A stretch of DNA of 64,000 nucleotides. It comes from Raillietiella orientalis. Its lineage: Eukaryota. Below are positions 36,590 to 49,100 of this stretch, in pieces. Both the position numbers and the translations under genes were made by a program. The stretch lies in NCBI GenBank assembly GCA_036172245.1, contig JAYWIR010000003.1, positions 5,332,001 through 5,396,000 of the forward strand. Direction: 5' to 3'. The stretch's first letter is position 1, and each line of letters starts with the position of its first letter. The notes beneath the pieces were generated by a model. It saw nothing but the letters and a program-made list of their open reading frames with translations, did not search any database and was not told where the DNA came from.

Positions 36590-39560
36590 AAATACTGTTA
36601 AACATCTTTTGATCGAAAAGTTGGCGCTTCTCCGAGGTAACAACACGCTGCGAGTTGTCCACAGTAAGCATTCCTCCAGCGCCAGATTTGTTGCTTCTGC
36701 AGTGGGAGATTCAGCAACTGAGACAAACAAGAAGACACCCACAAGCAAATGACCGTTGGTCTGCAGATTGGTCCACTGCATTGTTTCCTGGATCTACAGT
36801 AAGGCTTAATTTTCTATCCGAATACACCCGAATTCAAGCGTCGTCCCTCTCTGTGAGCAGATTCTATCCATGAGGGACACCATCTCGCCGAGGTCGGTGA
36901 TGTCTGCACTTCTACGGCTCATGAAATCGACCAAAAACACCGGCGAATCCATGAGCACTGACGAGGAGAAAATAAAGCATGGTCTTCAGCTTTCGTTAAA
37001 AGAGTCCTAAAGATAGAGATCGTTTTTAAAAATCAGTCTCCAGTTCTGAACACTGTTTGACGGAAATTTGCTGATAATCGCCTCGATGCTGCTCGATCTG
37101 GTGTATTTTATCTTTCTGCCTTTCCTTTATTATGGTATATTCCGTATTAGGAATCCTCATTCGTGGCTTTTCTGTACCCTTGTCACAGCGTGACCCATCC
37201 GTCCTTCGAGCAGTCAAATTTGTGTTTCGAATCTATGAATACATGAATTGCAGTTAACGATATTTTCCATGTGCTGACACGTGCCCAACGAATTCTGGGT
37301 CTTTTCCACAAAGCTATACTTGCTTATTGATCTCAGGCTGCTACTGTACTCTCTCACTGCTGTGTCCTTGATTGTACATACAGGAGTTTTTCTGATTTCA
37401 AAACTGCGTCAGATCCTATAGAGAAGCCGAGGCGAATCGCCTGGACCCTTACCGAGTTCCGTTCGCTAGCCCAGGGTGCACCACAGGCCCAGTTCCCCAT
37501 TTCACGTGCTGCCCATCCGTTTGAAAGCGCTCCTGGACGCGCACACGCTGGATCTGGAAACCTACCCGGCGTCGGGTCCACGCAGAAAATCGCAGCAAAA
37601 CACGAGAAGAAGCAGAACGTTCCAGCCGTGCTTTCCTCAGCAAACTCCGCTGCCTCCAGCTTCTCCAATCTTCGTTTCGCTTCGTTGGTGAGACATGATT
37701 TTCTTATCATGCCTTCGGGTGCTTTTTTCAGCGGTCAATAAGGCAGCATTTGCCGCAAACTCTTGGGGCAGCATCTGAGGTGTAGCCGAGTGTACTGAAT
37801 CCTCTCTTAAGTCTGCAGACTCACACACTTCCATGTTTGGATCGGATATAATTGGATTTGGCTGGACTTCCATATTTGCAAGTTTTCGTCTTCCGATGTC
37901 TGAAACTTGGATATGGATTCTTCTTCTTCTTCTTTTAATCAGGAAATCCAGCGACTTTTGCGAAGGGGAATTCCTCTGGAACGAACGCCTTCGCACGTAA
38001 ACGGCGATGTCTCCCGTTATAAAACGCAGCAATTCAAGCAAAATTTACCGTAAAATTGCTTTAAAATGATTGGCAGATTCGATTATCTCGTGGAATTCTG
38101 TTTGTCTGAAATTTCTGCTCTTGCAAAGGAAATCTTCCAAAAGTGGATCCAAATGGAATTCCGATGTTCCCATTAAATTGGGAATTTTATGCATCATGAC
38201 AGGCAACTGGATGTAACGCTCTCTCACACTACAAGAGAACCATGAAAGGATTCATCGGATGTTCCACAAGTCGAGTCTTCCGAGTTTCGTTTGAAAAACG
38301 AAATGGTGCTTCTCTCATGGAAACGGCCTTGAAGGCTGATCTCTCAATCAAATCCAAACGTTTCAATCCATGAATTTCGTTCTCATGAGTAGAAGCTCCT
38401 TGATGTCCAGCATCCGTTTACGGTTCACCTTGGACTTCCTGAAGATTGCTTCCATCCAAGGGTGCTCATCCAGCAGACTCTTATACAGGGTGCTAACCAC
38501 TCCTTCGTTACAGTTGGAGTGTGATGTGATGTCTTTCCGTTCTGAGATGCAAAGCAGCCCAACAGCCTACAGAGTGCCGATCTTCTTTAGGAGGAACAAA
38601 ATGAAACACCAACCGCTCGAACATTCATCGGAATGGCCATCAATTTCCCGTGCTCACAGTGGTGTTAGCTCATAATGGAGCTTTCGAATCGAGGAATATC
38701 TGGCTTTTTTGATCATTCATTTAGAAAGTCCACGTTCATTCGAAGCAAGAAAATTCCGGGTGACATCTGGAGCTTTCACGGTTTTCACCATTCAACTAGA
38801 CATTCCTCTATCGGTGCCGTGCACGTGACCACCCATGAACTTTTGGAGAATGCAAGCGAATTTTTTCGGATCCGGCATCCGATTCTCCTGACACGAGGCC
38901 AAAATCGGAGAATTTTCTTCCGATGAGAAAGTTATAAACAGGGAATGCCATCTGCTTCTTATGGGTCTTTGAGAAGACAAACAAATATTCGAGAATGGTT
39001 GAAGATCATGATATTTCAATCAGTGAGGTAAGCAGGCGAGGAGAGCGTGCTAGAGGACTTCGTTATTCCAGAATCCAAAGGGGACGACAGTGACTTGCGC
39101 CTGAATCGACCTTTTCTGCGCCGCCTACTTCCAGGCGTTCCTAAAACATGCCTCCTCACTTGTTAGCAAAGGACTGCTCGAAGCAGAAGATGGTCCAGGA
39201 TGGAAACACGAACTGAGAGAAAATAGTAGCGGTGTTAGCAATTTGTCACGGAAAGTTCTCCGAGCTAACACCCAACTGAACACCGCTAGATATTGAGTTT
39301 GTGGGTCGCATCGGCAGCCAACTCTCTTCCAGCTCGGCGGCTGTCGACGTATGGAGAGAAAAGCTAAATCAAATAGGGCTGTCATTCACGACACACCATA
39401 CACCGTTTAGCATGAGGTGGGGAAGGGAAGATTGGATTATTGCGTGCATGGGTCCCCTGACGGAGGACCTATTTAGCGTCGGAAGCCGGTGGGTGGTGAT
39501 ACCGCGGCACTCTTCTTTCATGCATAAGTAATGTGCAAGAGGACGACTCAACAAACACTG
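36590..39560. mobile_element. Second DIRS/Ngaro-type relic with domains on both strands
   Basis: Minus: RT core 38300-37720 (IAVYV, a degenerate YLDD), RNase H 37710-37400 (FQTDG..KWGT), YR N-part 36800-36600. Plus: RT N-part 38675-38930 (SSIGAV..FRIRH) and YR C-part 39100-39410. Confidence 0.5.
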
Positions 39561-40199
39561 ACCACATCATTCACGAATGTACGTCGTGGTACTTCAGGTT
39601 TCAGGATGAAATTCCTTCAATATTCTCTCGGATGGTGATTTTTTTCTCCGGTCAAGCAGAAACTATTTAGAAGTATCTATCAGATGACGTCAGCGAGAGG
39701 TAAATGGGTTGAAGGATCCTCGAAAATGGCAAGGAGCGGAAAGTTTCCATTCAGTTCCATCTGCTCCCTGAGCGAAATCTTGAAGATAACTCACATTTTT
39801 TGTCTTTAGAGGCGACATCTCCTTGACAACAGTGGATGAGTGTCTTTAAGACTGACAATATAGGTCTCAGAGACAAAAAGCTCTGATTCCTTACTGGTGC
39901 CAGTATCTGAATAGAGTACTTCGAGCTCGTAGAATCCCTATCGATGCCATTCCTACGAATGGATGGCAACCAGCTCGAATTTCTTTACAAAGCATCCTCA
40001 TCAATAAACGTTCCTCCACATTCTTATAGCTTCTAAACTCGAGCATGTAAGGCATGAGCTCATATAATTTTCAAGCAGCACGGGCATAATCCAGCCTGCA
40101 TAGATCTCCTCTACTAATAGAAATCCAACAAAAACTTTCCCTTCCATTCCACTATGCGCAGCAGAGTTAGTACCAACTCACTGCTTCCTGGAGATAAGG

Positions 40200-41560
40200 T
40201 TCATTAAACACGAAAAATCGACTTTCATACAGACGATGAATGTCGTAAATATCCAAATTTGCTCAGCACCTCATAGCAACCATTTCGTTGCACACAGGAA
40301 GCTCCCCTGACAACCTGTTCACTCTTCTCCCAAGGAATCTCCTCTGAAAAACCCTGAAGAAGGAAGGTATCCAGCAAAGAGATTCTCACTTTCCGAGAAA
40401 ACGGCACCGAAAAGACGAAAGAAGTGGAAGTCAAGAGTTCTAAGTGCTGATCTCGAATAAGATGTAAGAAAGAAGAAGAAGAAGAAAAAAAAACAGACGT
40501 TTCCTTTACCAATTAATCAGTCTCTTGCAGTCACAAGAAATGACTAGTGGCACGGTTCTGTGGAACACTTTTGGGAGGTGGAGCTGCAGATTTCAACAAG
40601 TAGCATGCCACGCCTCCTTCCAAATGACTAAGCATGTTGCAAGCATGAGGTAGGGAAAGGAGGAATTCCCCGCAAAGGACTGCTCTGTGTTCCAGTGATG
40701 TTTTCAGTTTCTGTTCCGCAGGCTTTCCGTTTTCCTCTATATTTCCTTCTATTCTGTGCAACTCTTCACTCCTTTGTATCTTCCTCAGCAGAAATGCTAA
40801 TGACTGTGTCCATTTTCAAAAGGCCGCTTGGTCGATCGAAGGCTTGGTGCCTTTCCTGGTTGCAGGAATTGCAAGAGCCCGGTTGCCCTTAAGAATGTGC
40901 CTTGTAGGATTCGAAGAAAAGAAGCCACCAAGGAGTGGCTCCCAGACGCTCAGCTAACGTGAAAATGTTAAGAGGTGAAGAATGGAAGCACCTGGAAACA
41001 CAAAGGTCACTTGAGGTTAGTAGTAGTAAGTCACGAATCTGGCAATCCCGGCCTGCTTTATTCTGGTGTTGGCAGGGTGATAGAGAGTTTTCAGCTTGGT
41101 GTTTTGCTTTCCTGTTCAGAATAGGAAAGAGATGAGCAGTTGCAGCGCTAAATCCTCGATCTCTGGCTGTTTTCAAGAGGTTTTCAAGGAGCTGTAAAAG
41201 GTCTGGAATGAAACTACAAAAGGTGATGAGCAAAGTGAGGACATCTAAGATGCTCGGATTCCCTGTGGTAGGTTTTGCTGTACATCTGAAAAATCCTACA
41301 TTCGCAAACGCCAAGAATTTTTGGTCTTGAAGACTCCCATTGTTTGGGATGGAGGCGATGGAACGAGCCAGAGTTGATTAGTAGATGGTGCATGATAGAT
41401 TCTGAGCTGGAGAATTTGCAGACTGGACTACTATCCTTTCTCTTAAGATTAACATTGGGGATACAGTATGTTAAACTTGCTGGGAATGAGTTTTACATTC
41501 ACTCTTGGCCTGCGGAATCTTCAAGAGTTCAGGATTAAAACCACTTGCGAGCCTCCATCT
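40200..41560 (-). mobile_element. BEL/Pao pol remnant (RT, RNase H, linker)
   Basis: SILDVLT...LLKTARDRGF (YVDD region), LGATPWWL (WWxGPxWL-like) and QGFSEEI...KFGYLR. Confidence 0.5.
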
Positions 41561-41769
41561 CCAAAGATCTTTGGGGATTTGATCGTGCATACTTGCTTGA
41601 AGACATCAGAATAAACTGGCTCGGGATCAACTGAGGTGAGGGCTCTGCCGTGTCAGGGAGACACTCGCAGAATGGGGAAGCGAAGATGGCGATAAAACAT
41701 TGGCTCTGCGCCTTGAACCCGCTTCGAAGACTCCAGAATCCCCTTGTTTTAACATCCGATAACACCAGA

Positions 41770-42500
41770 GCGTTTATTGTAAACATACATGTGTAGGGAC
41801 ATCGGTCCTACATTGTCGGAAAATGTTCGGAGTCTGCCAAGTAACCGGCACGCAGGTCGGAGAGATTCGTCTCTGCAACGGCGGGAAAGGGAACAAACAA
41901 AAACTAAAAAAAAAGTATGCACAAAAATTGGAAGGGTTAGGGAAAAGATCACTGAGTGCTGGAGGACGTTTTCTGCATCCTTGCCAGGATGCTGGCAAGT
42001 TCCTTCTCAGTATGCCCCGGGATATGGCCACCTTGCTGCGGTCCGCAGGAAACCCAGGGTCCTGTCGCGCCATCTTCCTCTCACGTAGCTCCCAGACGCC
42101 ACAATCCCTCGTAGGCAGCAAAGAGCTGCTAGGGATGTGGCAGGCGAAAGGGCATAGTGCACGAAAAGGCGCTTCGTCACGTCCTTGGGATTGTGCATTG
42201 GTGCATCAAGGGTCGTCGCGTAACGCAGGCACAGGAACTGGAGGGCAGCACAGTCTACAAGCAGGTGCGGGAGGGATTCCTGTCCCCCACACCTGCAACA
42301 GTTGTAATCCACAGCCCCCCGGGTCCAGTGAAGCCGGCGGGCGTTGCTCAGAATATCCCAGTGCAACAGCATAAGTACCCGCTCCCAACACTTCAGGGAG
42401 AGGGCCCTGTTGTTCTTCCTCTTGGGTGAACACGAATGGGCTCGTGGAAGAGAGAGTCACTGTGACACCTTCTACAGGACGAGGTGCCTCCTTCATTGGC
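41770..42500 (-). mobile_element. 3' end of a Tx1/L1-like LINE with 3' UTR and AATAAA
   Basis: LHWDIL...CCRCGGQESLPHLLVDCAAL, a T-rich UTR similar to 200-350, and AATAAA at 41778-41773. Confidence 0.8.
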
Positions 42501-43099
42501 GGCGCTGCTTTTTGGATATGAAGAATTTCCTTTATAGAGTTGTTGTTTTCTCTTTTTCCTCCAGAAAAAAATGGAAGAGATTATTTCCGGTCCGGGACGC
42601 CGGCCGTCTTGCTGGTGCTTCCTCTGATGCGATTCGAGTGCAGATCTCGGAGGAGGAGGATTCATTTCACAGCAAGAGACCAAAGGCGTGGATGCTAAGA
42701 AGTTTTGCAGAACGGGGTGAGGCGCAGATCCGAAAGGTGAGAGTAACAGGAAGGACGGGTGAGCCTGCTTTATTTGGTGATATCTTCCCGTTTGGCAAGC
42801 CGAAACTCCAAGCGGGGGATAATGACGTGCTCTGGAAAACTCCTGTCGCGAACGGCGCCTGGAAATAGTCCGTTCCGACTTAATCCTGGATCAGGAGGGA
42901 TTGGGAACGAAAAGGCTTCTCACAAAGGCGGTAAATGCTAACCACGCAGTGGCAGCGCCTTCTAAGAGGGCAAGAAAAAAACATTGGGGCAAAATAGAAA
43001 TGAAAGAATAGAAGCGGTGTGAAGCTGCTCTCAAGGGAACACCCCGAGGGTAAGCGAAATGAAACCCAGCTGGGAAGAAACGGGTTGCTGATAGATCTG

Positions 43100-46000
43100 A
43101 TAGATCGCGCAATCTCTCTCCACGAGAGCAGCCATGAGCGAGAGGCCACTCGGGCCGCGCGCGCTCCGCACGCGCGCGAGGGGCAGCAGCAGACACGTGG
43201 AGAGGAAAGGGGGAAAGGGATCCGGGTCGCCTGAGGTTCGGTGGACGCTTGGCACCGGACTCAGGCATGGCTGACCCCGTAAGCAACGATGAGGAAGGAA
43301 GAGAAGGAAGGAAAGGGAAGGAAAGAAGGAGCAGGAGAGCAGGAAGAGAAGTAGAATGGATGGCTGGGTGGCAGGGCTGCTTTTCGGACGCAGCCACGAG
43401 CAAAGTCGCATCTGAAGCTGCCAGAAGAAAGGAGAAAATCCTAGAAAACTCATGGTCGCAATCCTGAGGCCTGCAAGGTCACGTGGCAGGAAGTGGTGAG
43501 ACACAGGAGGACCAAAACAAGAAACGGTACCGGATGAAAACGGGAAACGTGGGGGGAAGGGATTAGAAAAGTAAGGTAATAGGAGGACGAAGCTAGCAGT
43601 CCAATGGAACTTCCTGGTTATTCACAGATGGGAAGATCACTTTACCTCTCCCGGAAGATTCTCCAGGAGGAAAGGGGAGGGTCGTAGGATTCTCATGGGA
43701 TGTGAATGCTATTCGTCTTGTTCCGCCTCCCATAGGCGTGGGATGCTCGGTCGAGGGAGCAAGAGTAGGCGAAAACAAGAGACCAACGGACCAATCGAAG
43801 GGGAAGAAGGGAAGGGGAAAAGGCTTGAGAAACGAGAACTATTCGTCTCCTGCCGTTCCTTCCGTTTCTTCAACCGCATTCCCGTCGCTTATGTATGTGG
43901 ATGCGGAAGCCATCGAAGCCCCTGATGACCCAGATGTCTTCCTCACGGGCTTGTAATTTCCTCCAGGGATCGTAGTCTCAAATGTGCATCAAGGAGGAGA
44001 GTTCTCGGGATGGGAGGCGCAAGGACAACGGGAGGGGGAGGGGGCAAGAATACACTTCCTGATCTCATCTCGGGTACTTCTCAGGAGAACCCTCACGTAA
44101 AAGATGCCAAAGAACACGACGATAGGGGATCCTTGCAGTCTCAGGGACCCCGAGAGTCAATGGACTCCCCTTCTGCCGAGAGCATGCCTGACCCTCCGGA
44201 CACCCGGAGCGGGATGCCAGGATACACCTCGAAATCACCGGGCGCTCATGGACAGGAGGGAGGGGAGAGGGAATGAAACCGGGATAAAAATAGAAGGGAG
44301 AGATTCCCGATTTTCCTTCCAGAATGGCGTCCCTGAAGGCCAGGAGAAGCTCTCGTCGCCAAGCTGCCAGGAGCGGGGGCAGCTCTGCCCATTCCTACTC
44401 TCGTCCTTAGGAAGTGCTTTGTGCGGGAAATGTCCCTACTTCGTCTTACTGATTTGAGGAGAGTCTCGCCCTGGGGACCGAGAACACTGTGCTCTTACCC
44501 CACTTTTCTCTTCTTCGTGACCGGATGCTCTTTCACTCCTTGCCTAGCTGGCCACTCCACCTCTCTCCCGACTCCCGTCGCCAGCTTCCTCTCTGGTGTA
44601 GTTCTGTCTCGCCTGAAGACTTCCTCCTCCCTTCATCCTGTTAAGAACTCCGACCTTCCCCGCGACCCTCCACGGATCAGCCTTTCATCGAAGGTTGGCG
44701 AGAGGAACCAGATCATCAGGCATGGCAGCAGGATTTCAGCATGCATGAGCACAGATCTGTCTCCAGGTCGCTCCGGGATCTCAACGTAGTTGCCACGGAA
44801 ACCACTCAAGGAATCGCTTAGAAATCTCACTAAGGAGCGACCAGGCGCAGCCTGGAAGCAGAGGAAAGGAAGAACCTGCATGGAGGAATGAAAGCAGATC
44901 GGTCAGGAGAACAGCTGGGAGGTGGCTGCTTGGCCTCAGGAATGGTGCAGGTGAGCTTCCAACAGGGGAGACACCTCCAGGAGTCCGGAGACTGATCTGG
45001 AGAGGGAGAGAGTGACAGTAGTCTCCCTTTTCGGATGTGCTCACTGAAGTGTGGAGAAAGGGCTGAGGGGAGCCAACCAGCTCTCTCGGGGTTCAATCTC
45101 AAACTTCGTCGACTCTCGCACCTCACTGGAGACTGCCTAAGAGTCCTTCCCAATGGACCGCAATCTCGGTGACCGGCGAGAAAGCCACTGGAAGTCGAAG
45201 AGTCTATGACCGACGATAAGGCAAGAGATGTCTTCCGTATCGAAATTTCCGAGCGGCAGCAGGAGGATTCACCCTTTGAGTCCTCTTCGCTTTCATTCCG
45301 TCTTTTCTTTCGTCTTTCGTCTCCTGGGAAATTCCTTGGGGGAGCCATCGGCCGAGAGCGATTCGTTTCCATGTGTCTCGACTTCTCACCTCCCTCCTAG
45401 AGGGCTGCCTCTCATCAGAAACATTTTCGGAGCGAGAAATTCCTCTGCATTTCATTCTTTCTTCCTTCGGAAAGGTCATTCCTCTCTGAAGAAGAGGGTC
45501 GCTTCCTTCCTCCCTCCCGGTGTCTGGACGCTCATTTCAATCTGGGAACCACCATTGGGATGCTGCTCCTTGGTATCTTTGGCTGAAGGATCCAAGCTCC
45601 GGCGTGATGCGGGCGGGTAAGACCGTTCAAGAAAAACTGAAGGGAGCCGGTGGAACAGGAGACCAGCGTTGCCTAAGTGTGCATGGGTTTGCGCGCCGGG
45701 GTGGTCAAACGTAAAGGAAGACTGTTTTTTCTCCTTACATGGTTTCCCCTCTGCTGACCAGACAGATCCCTATCTTCGGGAGCGGCTTGCTGGATCTCTC
45801 GCCTTCATACCTCCGTATCCCGAAGGGACGCCCCGAATCCCAGGGATGGTCTCGAAACCTATCGTCAGGTACCTCTACCATCGCTAATTTGAAAACGACC
45901 AACCCTCATCTTCTCCTTTCCCTCCACCCCTACATGCTGACGTGGCCTGACCGATCTTAGCCATGATTCCTGGTCCCCTTCTGCTGCCTATTCTTACAGA

Positions 46001-47260
46001 CGAGCTCGTCATTCGGCTTTGGGAAAAGGCTCCGAGCCATTCGCCATCCAGACCCCCAGGAATGAGAACTCACCAGCCAATGAAGTGGCATCCTGCATCC
46101 AGGCGGTCTCTTTCTGCTTCAGAGGGCGAACTCAGAGGCAGAAGGGCAGAACAGCGGAAAGAAGTCCAAGGTGACAAGGTAGAAAGATAAGAATCTGCAC
46201 GTCTCGAGTACTTTCGGGAGAGAGTAGAGTTGGTATCCATGAGCGGAAACTGAACACCGGACCCAAACATAGCTGAGGTGGCGAGTAGCTGCAGGAAAGG
46301 AGGAGAAGGAGGAAGACAGAAGGGAAGAGAAGAAGGAGGGGAGAAGGAAAATGGATATAAAGAGAAGACAAACGGAGGGAAATGTGATGAGGATGGCTGG
46401 CCTCTTTCCCAACTCTGACTATGCTTTCGATCATCTTAAGAAGAAAAGAACACCAGCCCATTCAAGAAGGAAACCCCATCGAAGGTACGGATGTCAGACG
46501 TCAAGCATCTAGGGGAAAACCGATCGCCGCCTCAGAGATCGGTTGGCACACGGGACAATTCCTGAGCAGAAAAATCACTCCGTATCGGTCCACCTCTGGG
46601 TTGCTGAGCGGCAGTTCACTCCTAGAGAATAGCGCGCTCCCATAGAAACTGCCAAGCATCCGCAACGGGTCAATTCCCACCAAGGGCTCGGCACCAATCG
46701 CTTGCCAAAGCCTCCGTTCAACTGCAAATCGGAGAAGCACAAAGAACGAGAGGATCATGAACGAGGGAGTAAAGGTACTTTTGTTACCATGACACTGGAA
46801 CCTTAAGACAAAATAATCCCTTTAGCGTGCTAGCTCGCACACGGTTTCCAAGGAACGGTTTCCTTCCTCGCTCTTTGAAATTTTCTTCTTTTCCCGTGCG
46901 TGTGGACCTCAAGTACCAAGGGCTGGCACGCGCTGCCTTCCTGAAAACTTCCCAACGAAGCTGCAACTGCAGCAATACCACCCGCCCTACTCTTTTCCAA
47001 TTACTCGAAAAAGAGTTCGCGGTTCACCTGCAAAGTTTTCCGGAAACTTCGACAGAGGTGCTCTGTCACCCGGAAATGGATTCTCCTCCGCGCGAAGACC
47101 TTGAGGAAGGAAGGGGTAGCTGTTCCACCTGCTCGCATGCACGACCGCGTGAACCACCCTGGTCCTGCAATGGCATCCGTACCGAAAGCTCCAGCGATCT
47201 CAATTACCCTTCGGAGTCGAGGGCAGCGATGGGCGGTCCGTTGCAACAGAGGGCCTGACC
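43100..47260 (+). mobile_element. Near full-length decayed Tx1/L1-like LINE with inverted blocks
   Basis: Plus: ORF1 knuckle YVCGCGSHRSP (about 43900), EN 44300-44760, RT from about 45500. Minus: linker 45400-44790 and 3' end 46760-46100. Confidence 0.65.
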
Positions 47261-48449
47261 ACCTCTGAGATCGAGGGTGCATCGTTTTGAGTCTAAGATG
47301 AAAATCGCTTCTCCATCGATGAGAGTCTGGTTCGAATTGAGAAAATGATCGAGGAACAGCTTCGGGAGATGTGATTCCAAATTCCAAATATGTACGTTGA
47401 ACGTGGACTCAATCTTCCTCATCACACATCTCATAAGGATAATTTTTAAAGAGTTTAAATTTTCAAGGCATCACGAGTGTTCACTGCAGAAGGTGATATT
47501 TCCTCTCATTGGAAACATCGCATAATGAAAAAAAAAAAAAATTCCAAGAAAAAATGACGCATGCACGCCCATCAAGTCAAGCATCCATAAATGATACACG
47601 GATGTGTTCGTATAGATGGATGGAATTGCGTTTACGACGGCCATTCTTTCAATTTTCACAGATGATTCGTCCAAAAGAATATCATGATAACAAATATCTT
47701 TGGCATATTTTTTTTTTTTTTTATTTACGCGCTGACCAACAAGTAATCATCGCATCCGTCAGAGCATCAGCTTGGAAAATTTGGTATGCAGCAGATGCAA
47801 AACGTCACACTCCAGTAAATTTTTGCCCCGTGATACCTTTAGATTCCGTTCAGCAAACCATCGAAACGAGGGAAACGTTTCCTACTGCCCAAGAGAATCT
47901 TCCAGAGAAGGATTTCCGAAGCAGATTATGATGAACCTGAGAGCCTGAATTATTATTGCCAATAAGAATGGAGTAGGGACGGAAGCCAGCAAGCTGACGC
48001 ACTTAAACGTCCATATTCTTCGTACTTACGGAGCGTATCAATCTGTCCCCCCCCCCCCCGCCCAATCGCGCAGGTTGACTACAGCTGGCACACAGCTAAC
48101 ATCGGAAAAATATTGCGCCACTAAAGGAAGTGGGAAGTAAAATCAAAGGTCCTGCACACGACCCTCGAAAGCAGCTAGGCTGAGACCGAGGCTCGCTTCG
48201 GTTTCCCGATGCAGCCAGATGCGGTGACCCGGCCCGTGACCTTTTGCTGATGACTGAATTTCGAATCAAGTGTTGAGGAACGGGGGTTTTGCATTTTTCA
48301 TTTTTTCCAAAGCCTGGGCCGAACAATTCTAAAAGCAGCGGGAGCAGTGCGGATGGAATGGAAGACGACTGTTTATCTTGGTGGCAATCCTGCACGGGGG
48401 GGATGCTGACTGCTTAGAATTTTTGTATGGATTGTTTGTTTTTTTTTTT

Positions 48450-49100
48450 TAGAAGAGAAAGGAAGTAAACATCGTCGCTTGGAACGAGGGAGAGTATTCC
48501 TGCTCGTTCCAAGTTCTCTTTCCAAGCTTTCCTGTAGCCAGAACAGTCGGAGCTCCAGAACCCAAGAAGACAGCGACCACGCCTCCGTACGTGCCCATTG
48601 AGCTCGCAGCGACCTGCATCTGCACCGCTCTTTTGACATCGGGAAAGACACCGATATCCAAGAAAGCTTTGGTCACCTACCAGGCAGGAAGGACAAGAGT
48701 GGAAACCAAGCACGCCGGAGCGATTGAGCGGAATGTCACATTTACGGCCGAAGTTCGAGTTCAGGGAACCAGCGCGTTTTGACAACGAATTTTTTTCAAC
48801 GTTAATGAAAATGTAAAGTGTTTGATACGATCCATTCTGGAAGAAGATGGTTTTTTTCTGGATGAGCATTTTTTCTTGGTAAGGTTCATGCAACAAAATG
48901 GACCGCTGGCACTGAGGCGAGGTATCGGATGGCAAAAAGAGTAGCCACAGCGTGAGCATCCAGGAAAGTCAGATGAAGGAAGGACAGATAAACCGGACTT
49001 CGGGCACGACTGCTTAACGAACAGGCGGAAGACCTCCTGAAAACAGTCGTCTTTACATATCAAAAAGGTCACCAGGGAGTTCAGCAAAAACAGCCCGCAG
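48450..49100 (-). mobile_element. BEL/Pao integrase remnant
   Basis: CDIPLNRSGVLGF...LVG (WxFIPxxAPxxGGxWERLV-like) and LRAQW...LFWLQ (RW..Q..FWKRW-like). Confidence 0.5.
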
